64,000 nt of DNA from Candidatus Magasanikbacteria bacterium GW2011_GWA2_56_11 (lineage in GTDB: Bacteria; Patescibacteriota; Patescibacteriia; Magasanikbacterales; UBA922). The notes under the pieces are model-generated. The model made no database searches. It had not been told where the DNA came from and saw only the letters and a program-made list of their open reading frames with translations. Made by a program: the position numbers and the translations under genes. Shown here piece after piece: positions 1-12,309 of this stretch. The DNA is taken from positions 1,565-65,564 of the forward strand of contig LCRX01000014.1 of assembly GCA_001004885.1 (NCBI GenBank). The letters are read 5' to 3'. Each line of letters starts with the position of its first letter. Position 1 is the stretch's first letter.

Positions 1-45
1 CTTCATAGAATATAACTTATAATATATAAATCTTTCGCCAGTTGT

Positions 46-53
46 TTTATATA
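46..53 (+). promoter_or_regulatory. archaeal TATA-box-like element upstream of the RNase P RNA
   Basis: TTTATATA about 25 nt before the predicted RNA 5' end. A similar TTTATAAG lies about 25 nt before ATG 439. Confidence 0.5.
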
Positions 54-75
54 CTTCCTTTGACTTCTTCTTTAT

Positions 76-391
76 GCGGGACAGGCACTTAGCTAACGGA
101 TGGAAACATCTGAGGAAAGTCCGCCCTCCCCTCGAAAGAGGACAAAGCCACCCTTTGGGATCCGGCAACGGATGGCAACCGCACAGAAACGAGACCCCCT
201 CGGTCTAGGAGGAGGCACGCGAAGGTCCCGGCAACGGAACTCAGTTAACCTGCCGACGTTGTCCGAGGAATGGCTAAAACGGCGAGCCCTGGCTGGAGCA
301 AGTCATTCGACGCTTAGTTCAATGCTAAGGAGGCCATCGAAGCACTCGCTTGGTAACGGGCCTTACAGAAGGCGGCTTATCCCTGTCCTGC
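76..391 (+). ncRNA. rnpB: RNase P RNA, archaeal-like and reduced (short P15, no P16/P17/P18)
   Basis: Universal motifs GAGGAAAGTCCGCC (~113-126) and ACAGAAGGCGGCTTA (365-379) form P4. P1 pairs GCGGGACAGG (76-85) with CCTGTCCTGC (382-391). Also ACAGAAACG, AAACGGC, GGAGCAAG and the archaeal-style GCTTAGTTCAATGC. Confidence 0.9.
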
Positions 392-438
392 GCCTTTCTT
401 TCAGAGGGTTTATAAGATAAAAAAGACTCCCGTCAGGC

Positions 439-1431
439 ATGCCTATTGAAGATGGAGGAGCGGCGGTAAGCTTCCGAAACGACAAGGACCTCTATAGCGC
501 ATATCAGAGTGGGCGGGCTCCTGCTGGCGTGACCGCGATGCGGCTGTTTTCCGCGATCCACAACAAGGGAAGCCCGGGGGAGGCCCTGGATTTCGCCTTT
601 CAGGCTGATGTCCTTCCTCTCTATCTTGCCATCTGGGAAGTGAGCGGCCTCAAGTTGGAGTTTGTCTCTGGGAACACAGTCTTTGTGCAATCGAGGGAGG
701 GGCAGACACGATTCGGACCTCCAGAGATTCTCCGGGAGCGCGTGCGATTACGGATGGAAGCGCTCGCCCAGACGCCGAAGGAGCATGGGCAGCTTGCGGA
801 CGCGTATGTGCGGACCGGCCTTGAGCAAGAAGCTATTCCACACTACGAACGCGCGTTCAGATTACAGGATTGCGCCACGCTCGCAAGAAGGAAAGGAGAT
901 CTGCCTCTTGCCGCTGCCTACGCAAGAGATCATGCCCAGAATACAAGGCAGGAAGCGGACTATCGCTGGGCTGGGGGATTGGAGGAGGAGGCGGGGAATT
1001 TCGACGGCGCCTGGGGACTGTACCATATGGGCATGGCACCGGTGGACGCGCTCCGCGCGAAAGCCAGAGCTCTCCATGCTTCGGGAAGGGCCGAGGATGC
1101 TGTCTCCGTCTATCGCGACGGCCTTAAGGCATTCGTGGCTGTCGGGATGGCCGAACATGATAAACAAACCAGGAACGTCCCTTGCAAGCTTAGGTCGTCA
1201 GTACCCGGCGCCGAGGTGCTCACCTTCCTCCTTTGGCTCAGCGGCAAAGAGCCAGAACCGAAAGTGGAGAGGAGGACATGCCCTGACCTGGCTGAAATCG
1301 TGTATCGTCTGATCTGGGGAGAGGCCGAGGTGGCGAGTAAGCATAGCCTTCCACAGGTATACGAGTTCCTTGCCGTGGAGTCACAGCGGTACCGGGAAGC
1401 GGCCAAGCGGACGAAGCGAAAACCAAACTAG
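439..1431 (+). CDS. TPR-like helical repeat hypothetical protein
   Basis: 330-aa ORF with TPR-like motifs (LADAYVRTGLEQEAIPHYERA; ALHASGRAEDAVSVYRDGL). Confidence 0.6.
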   Translation: MPIEDGGAAVSFRNDKDLYSAYQSGRAPAGVTAMRLFSAIHNKGSPGEALDFAFQADVLPLYLAIWEVSGLKLEFVSGNTVFVQSREGQTRFGPPEILRERVRLRMEALAQTPKEHGQLADAYVRTGLEQEAIPHYERAFRLQDCATLARRKGDLPLAAAYARDHAQNTRQEADYRWAGGLEEEAGNFDGAWGLYHMGMAPVDALRAKARALHASGRAEDAVSVYRDGLKAFVAVGMAEHDKQTRNVPCKLRSSVPGAEVLTFLLWLSGKEPEPKVERRTCPDLAEIVYRLIWGEAEVASKHSLPQVYEFLAVESQRYREAAKRTKRKPN

Positions 1432-1439
1432 CCCAATAC

Positions 1440-2594
1440 TTGCGCACGGACCCGGATTCCGGAAACCTGACGACCGATTATGAACGACGCGCCATGGCGC
1501 TTATGTCTCTCGGGATAAACCCCTATTCCGGAACGGCAACCAATTATATTGATAAAATTACCGCCAGCTTCACAGACAGCCAGTTCGGCGACGCTGGCCT
1601 CGTGAATGATGACATTTTCGCCCTTTTTCCCCTGCTTCGGGCAGGCTATGCCCCGGGCGACGAAATCATCAAAAAAACAGTGCAATTTATCCTCTCCAAA
1701 CAAGATACCCAAGGCGGCTGGGGCAGCCCGGACATGACCGCGGCCGGCATCCAGGCCCTGACAGCAGTCACAGACCTGCCGGGCGTGGTCCCGGCGATCG
1801 AGCGGGCCAAACAGCACCTCAAGGCAGCGCAAACCAGCTCAGGCCGAATTGGCGACAACAGCTTTGCCACCAGCTGGGCCCTGCAGGCGATGGCGGCGCT
1901 CAATGAATCCGAGTCTGTCTGGACCACCAACGGAAAAACACCGGGCGACTACCTAGCGAGCGTACAAGAATCCGACGGCGGACTCGAGAGCGCTGCCACG
2001 CCCCTCAACGACCGTGTCTGGGCAACGGCGTACGCCATCACCGGCACGCTTAAAAAAACTTGGTACAACGTACTCGCTAATTTTTCGAAGCCGGAAATGC
2101 CAGCCACGGATCACGCTGCCAACTCAGAGGCGGACAGCGGCGCCGCGCCTCCGGCCGCGGCACCGTTTGTTTCGGGTCTGCCGCCGGTGGCAGTTTCAGA
2201 GCTGGCTCTGCCAGCTCTGAACGCCGACGCCCCGCCCACGACCGCGGTCGAAACCATTTTTCCGATCGCGGCACCGACGGAGAAAGATATGCCCAAGACA
2301 GAAGAGCCGGAACCGATCTCGCCGCCGGACCAAACCGCGGCTCAAACCGCGCCGGCGGTGGCGGTAAACCGGCTGCCGCGAACCGAAACCGCGGCCGCAT
2401 TCGCCGGAGTGCAAAATCAGCCTGAACCGGCGCCGGCGGCTCTGCCAGCCACCGATTCCAGCCAGGCTATAGAGGCCAATTCCGGCCTTACACCGCTCCA
2501 AAAAGCCGCCCCGGGCGTCTTCGGCGGGGCGATTACCCTCGCCTCCGGCCTCGGGGCCTACTTGGCTTGGCGCTTCCTGCTGGGTTTGATATAA
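1440..2594 (+). CDS. prenyltransferase/squalene-oxidase-repeat surface protein with C-terminal TM anchor, probably 5'-truncated
   Basis: Repeats such as FILSKQDTQGGWG..DMTAAGIQAL and YLASVQESDGG, a Pro/Ala-rich linker and a C-terminal TM. No signal peptide or convincing start. Confidence 0.65.
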   Translation: MRTDPDSGNLTTDYERRAMALMSLGINPYSGTATNYIDKITASFTDSQFGDAGLVNDDIFALFPLLRAGYAPGDEIIKKTVQFILSKQDTQGGWGSPDMTAAGIQALTAVTDLPGVVPAIERAKQHLKAAQTSSGRIGDNSFATSWALQAMAALNESESVWTTNGKTPGDYLASVQESDGGLESAATPLNDRVWATAYAITGTLKKTWYNVLANFSKPEMPATDHAANSEADSGAAPPAAAPFVSGLPPVAVSELALPALNADAPPTTAVETIFPIAAPTEKDMPKTEEPEPISPPDQTAAQTAPAVAVNRLPRTETAAAFAGVQNQPEPAPAALPATDSSQAIEANSGLTPLQKAAPGVFGGAITLASGLGAYLAWRFLLGLI

Positions 2595-2604
2595 TCAATT
2601 GACT

Positions 2605-2991
2605 ATGAAACGGTATACCTACCTTCCGCTCGCTCTTGTCCTGCTCCTATCCGGAGCCGGCTGCGCTGCGCGCTCTGGCGAAACCGGGCAAATACTGCCG
2701 GCGACAAACTTCGTCCTGACGATAACCAAATCAGAAAATAACTCGCGAACGGTGTCCGTACCCGCGGATGGGCAAAAAAGTTTAGCCCAGACGCTGGCCG
2801 CCGCGTCTGTCTCCTACCGGACGGTCCCAGGGCCGGAGGGCGAGCGGATGGCGGAGCTCGACGGCGTACTGGCGACCGCCTCGAAAGCCTGGAACTTGTA
2901 CATTGATGCCAAAAAAGTCGACTGGACAAACCTGGAATCAGTAACCATAAAGCCCGCGCAGCGCATAGAATGGCGCTACGAAACCGAATAA
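2605..2991 (+). CDS. lipoprotein, DUF4430/transcobalamin C-terminal-like
   Basis: Lipobox LSGAGC and C-terminal ELDGV..KAWNLYID..IKPAQRIEWRYE. Confidence 0.6.
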   Translation: MKRYTYLPLALVLLLSGAGCAARSGETGQILPATNFVLTITKSENNSRTVSVPADGQKSLAQTLAAASVSYRTVPGPEGERMAELDGVLATASKAWNLYIDAKKVDWTNLESVTIKPAQRIEWRYETE

Positions 2992-2993
2992 AT

Positions 2994-3551
2994 ATGACCG
3001 TTCCGACCATCTCCGCCCTGACCAAAAAGACGACAGTGCCCTTGGTAGCCATCTTATTCCTTATCGGTTTTGCCTCGCGCCTCTTTCCCCATCCGGCCAA
3101 CTTCGCCCCGATTGGCGCCATCGCTCTTTTCGGCGCTCTGTACCTGCCCCGGCGCCTCGCGATCGTGTTGCCGCTTTTGGCGGTCTTTGTGAGCGATCTC
3201 GTGATTGGCTTCTACAGCCTTCCCCTAATGGCAGCGGTCTACGGCAGCTTTGTCCTGACCGCGCTTATCGGGCTTACGATTCGCCGCCGCCGTTCTTTCG
3301 GCGCTGTTGTCCTCGCGACCCTGGCCGGTTCGGCTCTCTTCTTCCTCGTCACCAACGCGGCAGTCTGGGGTTTTGGCACTCTTTATCCGCACACTGGCGC
3401 AGGACTTGGACAAAGTTATATCATGGCCTTGCCTTTCTTCCGCAACAGCCTTCTCGGAGATTTTTTCTACACCGGCATTCTCGTCGGCGGTCTTGAAGCG
3501 TTGCGCCTGGGCAAGAAAAGATTCTTATTCAAACCGGAACAGGCACTCTAA
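2994..3551 (+). CDS. DUF6580-type putative transporter substrate-binding membrane protein
   Basis: RLFPHPANFAPIGAIALFG, FFLVTNAAVW and LPFFRNSLLGD motifs; multiple TM helices. Confidence 0.75.
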   Translation: MTVPTISALTKKTTVPLVAILFLIGFASRLFPHPANFAPIGAIALFGALYLPRRLAIVLPLLAVFVSDLVIGFYSLPLMAAVYGSFVLTALIGLTIRRRRSFGAVVLATLAGSALFFLVTNAAVWGFGTLYPHTGAGLGQSYIMALPFFRNSLLGDFFYTGILVGGLEALRLGKKRFLFKPEQAL

Positions 3552-3566
3552 TCCCAAAATTATAAC

Positions 3567-3592
3567 AAAGATCCCTAAACAGGGATCTTTTT
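3567..3592. terminator. bidirectional intrinsic terminator
   Basis: AAAGATCCCT-AAAC-AGGGATCTTTTT between convergent genes. Confidence 0.7.
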
Positions 3593-3609
3593 GTTCTGTC
3601 AGGCTGGTC

Positions 3610-3999
3610 TTACTGCGCCACCGGCGCCGCGTCTAGGCTCTTTGGATTAGGCCCGTACTGGTTGTCTCCGGGCTGGCTGTCGGCCGCCAGAAAAAAAATA
3701 AGTATAATGGACCCGATGACCGGTATAAAACCAATAAGCACCCACCAGCCGCTCCGATTGGTGTCGTGAAGCCGGCGGACGCCGACCGCGAGGCTCGGAA
3801 CTAAAGTGGCCAGGGCGTAAATCCCAACCAGGAAACTGGCGCCCAGTCTGCTCTCCATGATCGAATCCATAGTCGAGAGTATGATCGTTACGAGTACATG
3901 GAACAGAACAAATGTCCAGTATTCCCGACGATTCGACCGGCCGCTAAAAATGGCGTATTTTTTTAATACCGCGAGATATTGATTGAAATTTTCATTCAT
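3610..3999 (-). CDS. DUF805 membrane protein (YhaH-like)
   Basis: FSGRSNRREYW, LAVGVRRLHDTNRSGWW and GDNQYGPNP. Confidence 0.9.
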   Translation of the reverse strand: MNENFNQYLAVLKKYAIFSGRSNRREYWTFVLFHVLVTIILSTMDSIMESRLGASFLVGIYALATLVPSLAVGVRRLHDTNRSGWWVLIGFIPVIGSIILIFFLAADSQPGDNQYGPNPKSLDAAPVAQ

Positions 4000-4137
4000 A
4001 ATCCTAGATTAAGTCGCCTTTAATAAAGGCCGCGAGCCGCAATCGCCCCTGGCGCCAGGATTCGCCCCAGTCCCCACGGTTAGGTTGGCGCGAATGCCTC
4101 AGCCTGTTCTCGCGGCGGCTAACTTGCGCTGGAACGA

Positions 4138-5559
4138 TTAAAACAGATCGTCATACTCGATGACCTCACCGGAGTCGGTACTAAACCGTTTGTGTTTGCC
4201 GGCCTCGACAGTCGCGGCCGCGGCGGCCGCGTCCGCCTCTTCCGCGGACAATGCCGGCAGTAAGCGCTCAACCGGCAAACCGACCGGCGGCTCGGCCTGC
4301 TTCGAGGCCGCTTTTTGGACCAATGGCGTCTTGACGTGAGACATCGGGAAATGCCAGATAGTCGCCAGCTCTTCGATGTTGAGGACAAACGGCTTGCCCC
4401 CGGCGCCGATTTTGCGTTTTTTATAAGCTTTCATCAGCAATGACTTCTTCCGGGATGATTTTTTACTTGAACCCTTGCCGGCAAACGTGGGTACGATGGA
4501 ATTGGCGCTGGGGATGTTGTATTGCGTAAGGGCGCCCACCAGGGCATTGACCCCGCGCAAGGGATTGAAGACTTCCTTGCGGGCCCCGTACAGGCCGCGT
4601 ATCTTCGTTTTGAAACCGAGTTTGCCGATTTTAGCTTCCATAGCCTCGACCAATTTGCTCATGCCCGGAGTGAGGTACTGGAGCTGGTTCGGCGGACTGT
4701 GGTCCTCGTCATGCCCACTGACAGACTCCCGGCCAAAAACTTGGTCGCCGATACCTTCAAGCATCTTCTGCAGCCCGGATACCGTGTGGTCGATGAGGTT
4801 CAGGTGCGGATGGGATTTTTCACCGATAACTTCTTTGATTTTTTTGATCGCATCCTCTTTCCAATCGTTGCTGATGGGCTCAAGCAAAATTTGAAACCAC
4901 ATCTGTTCACCGGGTCCAATACGGGTGAAACTCTCAAGAAAAGTTCCCATCGGGTCTTTCAGGACCGTATCTTTGGAAATGGCATGCTCGAATTCGCGGT
5001 AGCTGCGGATAGGATAGGCGCTGTTCTCGGCCAGACCAAAATCGCTGATCCAGATGTCGTGGGTGGCGCTGGGATAGCTGTCAGGAATGCCGCCGGTGTA
5101 ATCTTCCACCTCGGTGATTTCCGCATCCGGGTACTGCGCGTAGACAGCCGCCTCGACCAAATCACGGAAGGCCTCCTCGGTCCAGACCAAAAACTGGATA
5201 TACCCCTCGATGCTGATGATCTCGAAGCTGAACCAGCGCTGTTTGTAACCGTCTTTAAGACGGTCTTTCAGGTCCGGCTTGGAAAAGGCGCCCGCGATGT
5301 GAGAAAACATTTGTTCCACCGCTTTGGGGGTCTGGACATTCAGGGGCGGGACGTCAACCGCGAGCAAAATGAACTTCCACTCATGAGTGTTCAGGTCCTG
5401 CTTCAGGTCTTCGTACAAGTGGAAACCGGCGAAAAACAGCAAGTAAGCCAAAACCAGCCAGCCGCCAACTGCCAGCACCTGGCCGATAATCGGCAGCGCC
5501 CCCTGGCCAAAAAAATCCGCCAGCCGGTTAAAATCGAGAAAAAAAATACCAATATCCAT
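4138..5559 (-). CDS. conserved CPR-type membrane-anchored hypothetical protein
   Basis: 473-aa ORF; N-terminal TM, then FSFEI, VYAQYPDAEITEVEDY and LNIEELATIWHFP motifs. Confidence 0.7.
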   Translation of the reverse strand: MDIGIFFLDFNRLADFFGQGALPIIGQVLAVGGWLVLAYLLFFAGFHLYEDLKQDLNTHEWKFILLAVDVPPLNVQTPKAVEQMFSHIAGAFSKPDLKDRLKDGYKQRWFSFEIISIEGYIQFLVWTEEAFRDLVEAAVYAQYPDAEITEVEDYTGGIPDSYPSATHDIWISDFGLAENSAYPIRSYREFEHAISKDTVLKDPMGTFLESFTRIGPGEQMWFQILLEPISNDWKEDAIKKIKEVIGEKSHPHLNLIDHTVSGLQKMLEGIGDQVFGRESVSGHDEDHSPPNQLQYLTPGMSKLVEAMEAKIGKLGFKTKIRGLYGARKEVFNPLRGVNALVGALTQYNIPSANSIVPTFAGKGSSKKSSRKKSLLMKAYKKRKIGAGGKPFVLNIEELATIWHFPMSHVKTPLVQKAASKQAEPPVGLPVERLLPALSAEEADAAAAAATVEAGKHKRFSTDSGEVIEYDDLF

Positions 5560-5562
5560 ATT

Positions 5563-5733
5563 TTAGTGGTGTCCGCCGCCCAGGAGTTTGATGATAATGG
5601 CGTAGACGCCCAAAACCGCGATTACCGTCCACCACCAGCCAAGGGTGCCCGACACATACCCGGCCGTGTAGGCGAGGCCGGTAATAAGCGTCGCTGCCAG
5701 GGCGATAAGGTGCAAAAGCAATTTTTCGGACAT
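5563..5733 (-). CDS. small two-TM membrane protein
   Basis: MSEKLLLHLIALAA...; hydrophobic and tightly coupled to the next gene. Confidence 0.55.
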   Translation of the reverse strand: MSEKLLLHLIALAATLITGLAYTAGYVSGTLGWWWTVIAVLGVYAIIIKLLGGGHH

Positions 5734-5867
5734 AAAAAATGGTCTAAGTCTTTGGGGGTCCTCCCTGCAGCCCAAAGCCGGAGTTTAAAGCCTGAAAAAC
5801 CTGGCGTCAAGGTGAACGGGCGGCGACTCAGTCTCTGCCATAACCAGAGTATAACATAAAAAAGATA

Positions 5868-5893
5868 AAAAATCCCCAGTTTCGGGGATTTTT
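5868..5893. terminator. intrinsic terminator downstream of secF
   Basis: AAAAATCCCC-AGTTTC-GGGGATTTTT. Confidence 0.65.
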
Positions 5894-5915
5894 AAGCTTG
5901 AGTCCTGGTTATTCC

Positions 5916-6821
5916 TTATCCGCGGCGCTGCCGCCCTTCCCAGACTACCAGAAGCGGGCTGGCAATAAAAATCGAAGAGTAAGTACCGAAGAAGATGCCG
6001 ATAATCAACGCGAGAGTAAAAAAATGAATTGTCTCCCCGCCGAAGAAGAACAGGGCCGACAGCACCAGAAGAACAGTTACCGAGGTGTTTACAGAGCGCC
6101 AGATAGTCTCGTTGACCGCGACGTTCGCCACTTCCGCGAAATTATTCGCGCTCCGGCGGATGAGATTCTCGCGAATACGGTCGAAAACCACGATGGTATC
6201 GTTGACGGAGTAGCCCAAAATGGTAAGCAGGGCGACGACAAACGGGATATCCACATGGACGTTGAAATAGCGACCTAGCACGGCAAAAACACCCATCGCG
6301 ATGCTGACATCATGGACCAGGGCGACAATAGCGGCTACGCCGTACTTCCAGGAGGCGATCGGCCGCGACACTTTGCGGAAAGCGTAGGCGATATAGGCGA
6401 CAATCGCCACGACTACAGTCAAGCCGGCGAGCCACGCCCGCTCCCGGATAACGGAGCTGACGGCTGGGCCGATGGTTTCCAGCCGCTCTTCCAAAACTTT
6501 GTTATTGTCTTTTTCGTAAGTCTCGCGCACGATTCCTAAAATCTTCTGGTGTTCGTCTTCGGAGATAAAGCGGAGCTTGAGGATGGCGCCTCTGTCCCCG
6601 GTCGGCTGGACGATAACATCTCCCAAACCCAGGGATTCCACTCTTGACTCGATCTCCGGCCCGGCCGGACGGGTCTGTGTAAAGGTAAACTCAAGCAAAG
6701 AGCCGCCGGTAAAGTCTATGCTCGGTTTGAGCCCCCAGACGGCAAGCGCCAACCAGCTCGCGAGCACCAGCAGAGAGGAAAAAATGAAGAAATTGTTCCG
6801 TTTGCCGATGATATTATGCAT
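5916..6821 (-). CDS. secF: protein translocase subunit SecF
   Basis: IDFTGGS, LTILGYSVNDTIVVFDRIREN and GTYSSIFIASP. Confidence 0.95.
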   Translation of the reverse strand: MHNIIGKRNNFFIFSSLLVLASWLALAVWGLKPSIDFTGGSLLEFTFTQTRPAGPEIESRVESLGLGDVIVQPTGDRGAILKLRFISEDEHQKILGIVRETYEKDNNKVLEERLETIGPAVSSVIRERAWLAGLTVVVAIVAYIAYAFRKVSRPIASWKYGVAAIVALVHDVSIAMGVFAVLGRYFNVHVDIPFVVALLTILGYSVNDTIVVFDRIRENLIRRSANNFAEVANVAVNETIWRSVNTSVTVLLVLSALFFFGGETIHFFTLALIIGIFFGTYSSIFIASPLLVVWEGRQRRG

Positions 6822-6837
6822 AAAACTCTTCTTTACC

Positions 6838-8700
6838 TTATGAACGGTCGCGCTTTCCGCCCAAAAACAGCCAGCCGCCGCTATAATCGGCAAACCAGGC
6901 GGAGACGAAACGCAGAATCACCCGCGTAACGGTAATGGCCGTAAAGAGGCTGACCAGTATGCCGATCGCGAGAGTGATGGCAAACCCCTTGACAAAACTC
7001 GTGCCGAACCAGATAAGAATGGCGCAGGTGATAAGCGTCGATGCGTTGCCGTCGCGGATCGACGTCCAGGCGCGCAAAAAGCCTTCTTCGATCGCGGTTC
7101 TTAAGCTCTTGCCGTGGCGCAATTCTTCCTTGAGCCGCTCGAATATGAGTACGTTGGCATCCACCGCCACTCCCAGGGACATGAGGAAACCGGCGATACC
7201 GGCCAGAGTAATCGTAACGCCGATTAATTTGAAAATAGCCAGCGTGAAGGCGATATAAAGACAAAGAGAAACCACCGAAATCAGGCCGGGCAGCCGGTAA
7301 ATCAAAATCATGAAAATCATGATAAGCAGAGCCCCGATAACGCCGGCTTTCAGGCTCGTAGCGAGAGACTCGGCGCCCAAAGTAGCTCCGATCGCCTGCT
7401 GGGAGATAAGCTCCACCGGTACCGGCAGCGCCCCGGCATTAAGCCTCTGGGCCAAAAGCCTGGCCTCGGTAATAGTGAAATTGCCGCTAATCACGGCGTT
7501 GCCGTCTGCTATGACGGTGTTGACCGTCGGGATGCTTATGGCCTCGCCATCGAGGAAGATGGCGATGGGAGCGCCAATATTGCGCTCGGTAAGATCTTTA
7601 AAGAGGTCGGCGCCTTCACCATTGAATTTGAGAGATACTTGGACGGCGCCTGTCTGCGGGTCGCTCACGACCTCCGCTCGCTCCAGCTGTTTGCCGGAGA
7701 GTCCGGTGGTCTTCCATTCCGAGGCGCTCGGGACGTAATCTTCCGCCGTTTTGGTGCGGACGAGTATGCGCGATACTTCGTATTCCCGGCTTATCCGCTC
7801 GTCTTCTTTAAAAATCACGTGCCAGCCGAATTCGGTCTCCACCGGCCCGATGATTTCGCCTTTTTTCGCGCTGAACAGGGCGTCGGCAAAAGCGCTCGAC
7901 AGCTGTCCGCGGCTTAGCCACCCCAGATCGCCGCCCTGCGATTTGCTGCCCGAGTCGGTGGAATTCTTTTCGGCCAGCTCGGCGAAATTGGCGGCATTAG
8001 CCTGATTGTATAGATCCGCCGCTTTTTGGCGGGCTTCTTCTTTGGTGTATTGCTGTTCGCCCGAGCAATTTCGGGATCCGAGATAGCAAATGAGGATATG
8101 CCTGGCCTTGGCTTGGGGCTCGCCGTCGCGCTCGCCGCCGCGCTTGAGAATATCATAGCCGCGGCTGGTCTCGACCAGGGACTTGGCTACCCCCTGAGGC
8201 GGCGTCTTGGCCGCGACGTCGTATAATTCCGGCTCCAAAGAAAGCGGGCCGACAAATCCGATATAGCCGCCATTGTTCTTACTCTCTTCATGGGCCGAAA
8301 ACTCGCGGGAAAGCGCTGCGAAGTCCTCGCCTTTCTTGGCCCGGGCCAAAATTTCTTCGGCCCTTTTTTTCGCTTCCTGGTTGAATTTATCCAAATCAGC
8401 TTTTTCCTCGGCCGTAAGGTCGCGCGGCGGCTCCCTGTTTTCTTCTTTGAATTCCAAAATCGGGGTCTCGCCGATCATCTTGATCGCCTGGCCAATGTCC
8501 GTTACTCCCGGAAGCTCGACATTAAGGCGGTAGGACTCGCCGACTTGCGACGTTTGCACCGTCGGCTCGCCTACGCCCATGCCGCTGACGCGGCGTTCCA
8601 CGACATCGCGCACGCCCTCCACCGACGCGGCCTGATCGGCCGCCGGTATATCTCTGACATCAGCCTCGTAGATCAGCTGCACTCCGCCCTGCAAATCCAG
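6838..8700 (-). CDS. secD: protein translocase subunit SecD with inserted parvulin PPIase domains; N-terminal TM missing
   Basis: LDLQGG, LNAGALPVP and AVDANVLIFERLKEE, plus rotamase motifs (GEDFAALSREFS, ARHILI, GGDLGW, GPVETEFGWHVI). Confidence 0.9.
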   Translation of the reverse strand: MDLQGGVQLIYEADVRDIPAADQAASVEGVRDVVERRVSGMGVGEPTVQTSQVGESYRLNVELPGVTDIGQAIKMIGETPILEFKEENREPPRDLTAEEKADLDKFNQEAKKRAEEILARAKKGEDFAALSREFSAHEESKNNGGYIGFVGPLSLEPELYDVAAKTPPQGVAKSLVETSRGYDILKRGGERDGEPQAKARHILICYLGSRNCSGEQQYTKEEARQKAADLYNQANAANFAELAEKNSTDSGSKSQGGDLGWLSRGQLSSAFADALFSAKKGEIIGPVETEFGWHVIFKEDERISREYEVSRILVRTKTAEDYVPSASEWKTTGLSGKQLERAEVVSDPQTGAVQVSLKFNGEGADLFKDLTERNIGAPIAIFLDGEAISIPTVNTVIADGNAVISGNFTITEARLLAQRLNAGALPVPVELISQQAIGATLGAESLATSLKAGVIGALLIMIFMILIYRLPGLISVVSLCLYIAFTLAIFKLIGVTITLAGIAGFLMSLGVAVDANVLIFERLKEELRHGKSLRTAIEEGFLRAWTSIRDGNASTLITCAILIWFGTSFVKGFAITLAIGILVSLFTAITVTRVILRFVSAWFADYSGGWLFLGGKRDRS

Positions 8701-8922
8701 CGAGTATTCCGAAAATTCCCCAGCGGAGTTTTCCGCGCACATTGACTTTGGGAGTATTCACTGGCATATAAATCGCTCACTAGTGTAGCCGAGGCAGGCT
8801 CACTCGTCAATAGCGGGGTGTGGACGTGTCAGGCCGGCGATTCACGCTCCGTGACAGCGTTTATAATTACTAGCGAGGCCGCAGACGCAAGCTTGCTTGC
8901 ATCTGGGGCGAGCGACGGAATT

Positions 8923-11787
<2,865 letters not shown>

Positions 11788-11928
11788 ATTTGAAGGGCGC
11801 ATAGCCGCTATATAACGGAGATACTGTAGCATTGGCCGACCCATTTGTCCATGGTAAGGCCTACCCTGGGCCAAGCGCCGCCGCTCCCCTGACCGGGCCG
11901 AAAAATCCGCCGGCCGGCGGATTCCCCT

Positions 11929-12273
11929 TTATTCCTGGTAGCCTTTTTGCCCGCGCAGCTCTTTTCGGTCCTGATCGCGCATTTTGCCTTTCATTTTTTC
12001 GAGCTCCACCTTGAAATGGTCCTTCACCTTGTCGATAGCCTTGTACAAGTTCTCTTCCTGCTTGGCCACCCGCAAAATGCGCCCGGGGACGTGGAGATTG
12101 ACCTCGGCGTAATAAATCTGCCCCTTCTGATGGTGGTGGGTGGTAATGCCCACGTCGATTTCCGCTTTGGTAATATTATCGAAATACTTGGCGAGTCCGG
12201 CAATTTTGCTCTCGGCGTAAACTTTGATGGCATCCGTCAGGTCGATGCCGGTACCGTTTAGGGTGATAACCAT
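11929..12273 (-). CDS. hpf: ribosome hibernation promoting factor (HPF/RaiA)
   Basis: IDLTDAIKVYAESKI...NLYKAIDKVKD. Confidence 0.9.
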   Translation of the reverse strand: MVITLNGTGIDLTDAIKVYAESKIAGLAKYFDNITKAEIDVGITTHHHQKGQIYYAEVNLHVPGRILRVAKQEENLYKAIDKVKDHFKVELEKMKGKMRDQDRKELRGQKGYQE

Positions 12274-12309
12274 AGTCGGCAGGTAAAAATGCCCGTGGCG
12301 ATTAAAAAT

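Noticed and set aside
100-420. 106-aa ORF
   Set aside because: Lies over the RNase P RNA; low-complexity shadow ORF.
8701-8922. Riboswitch or ncRNA between secA and secD
   Set aside because: Small hairpins are present, but there is no recognisable family motif or second copy in the window.
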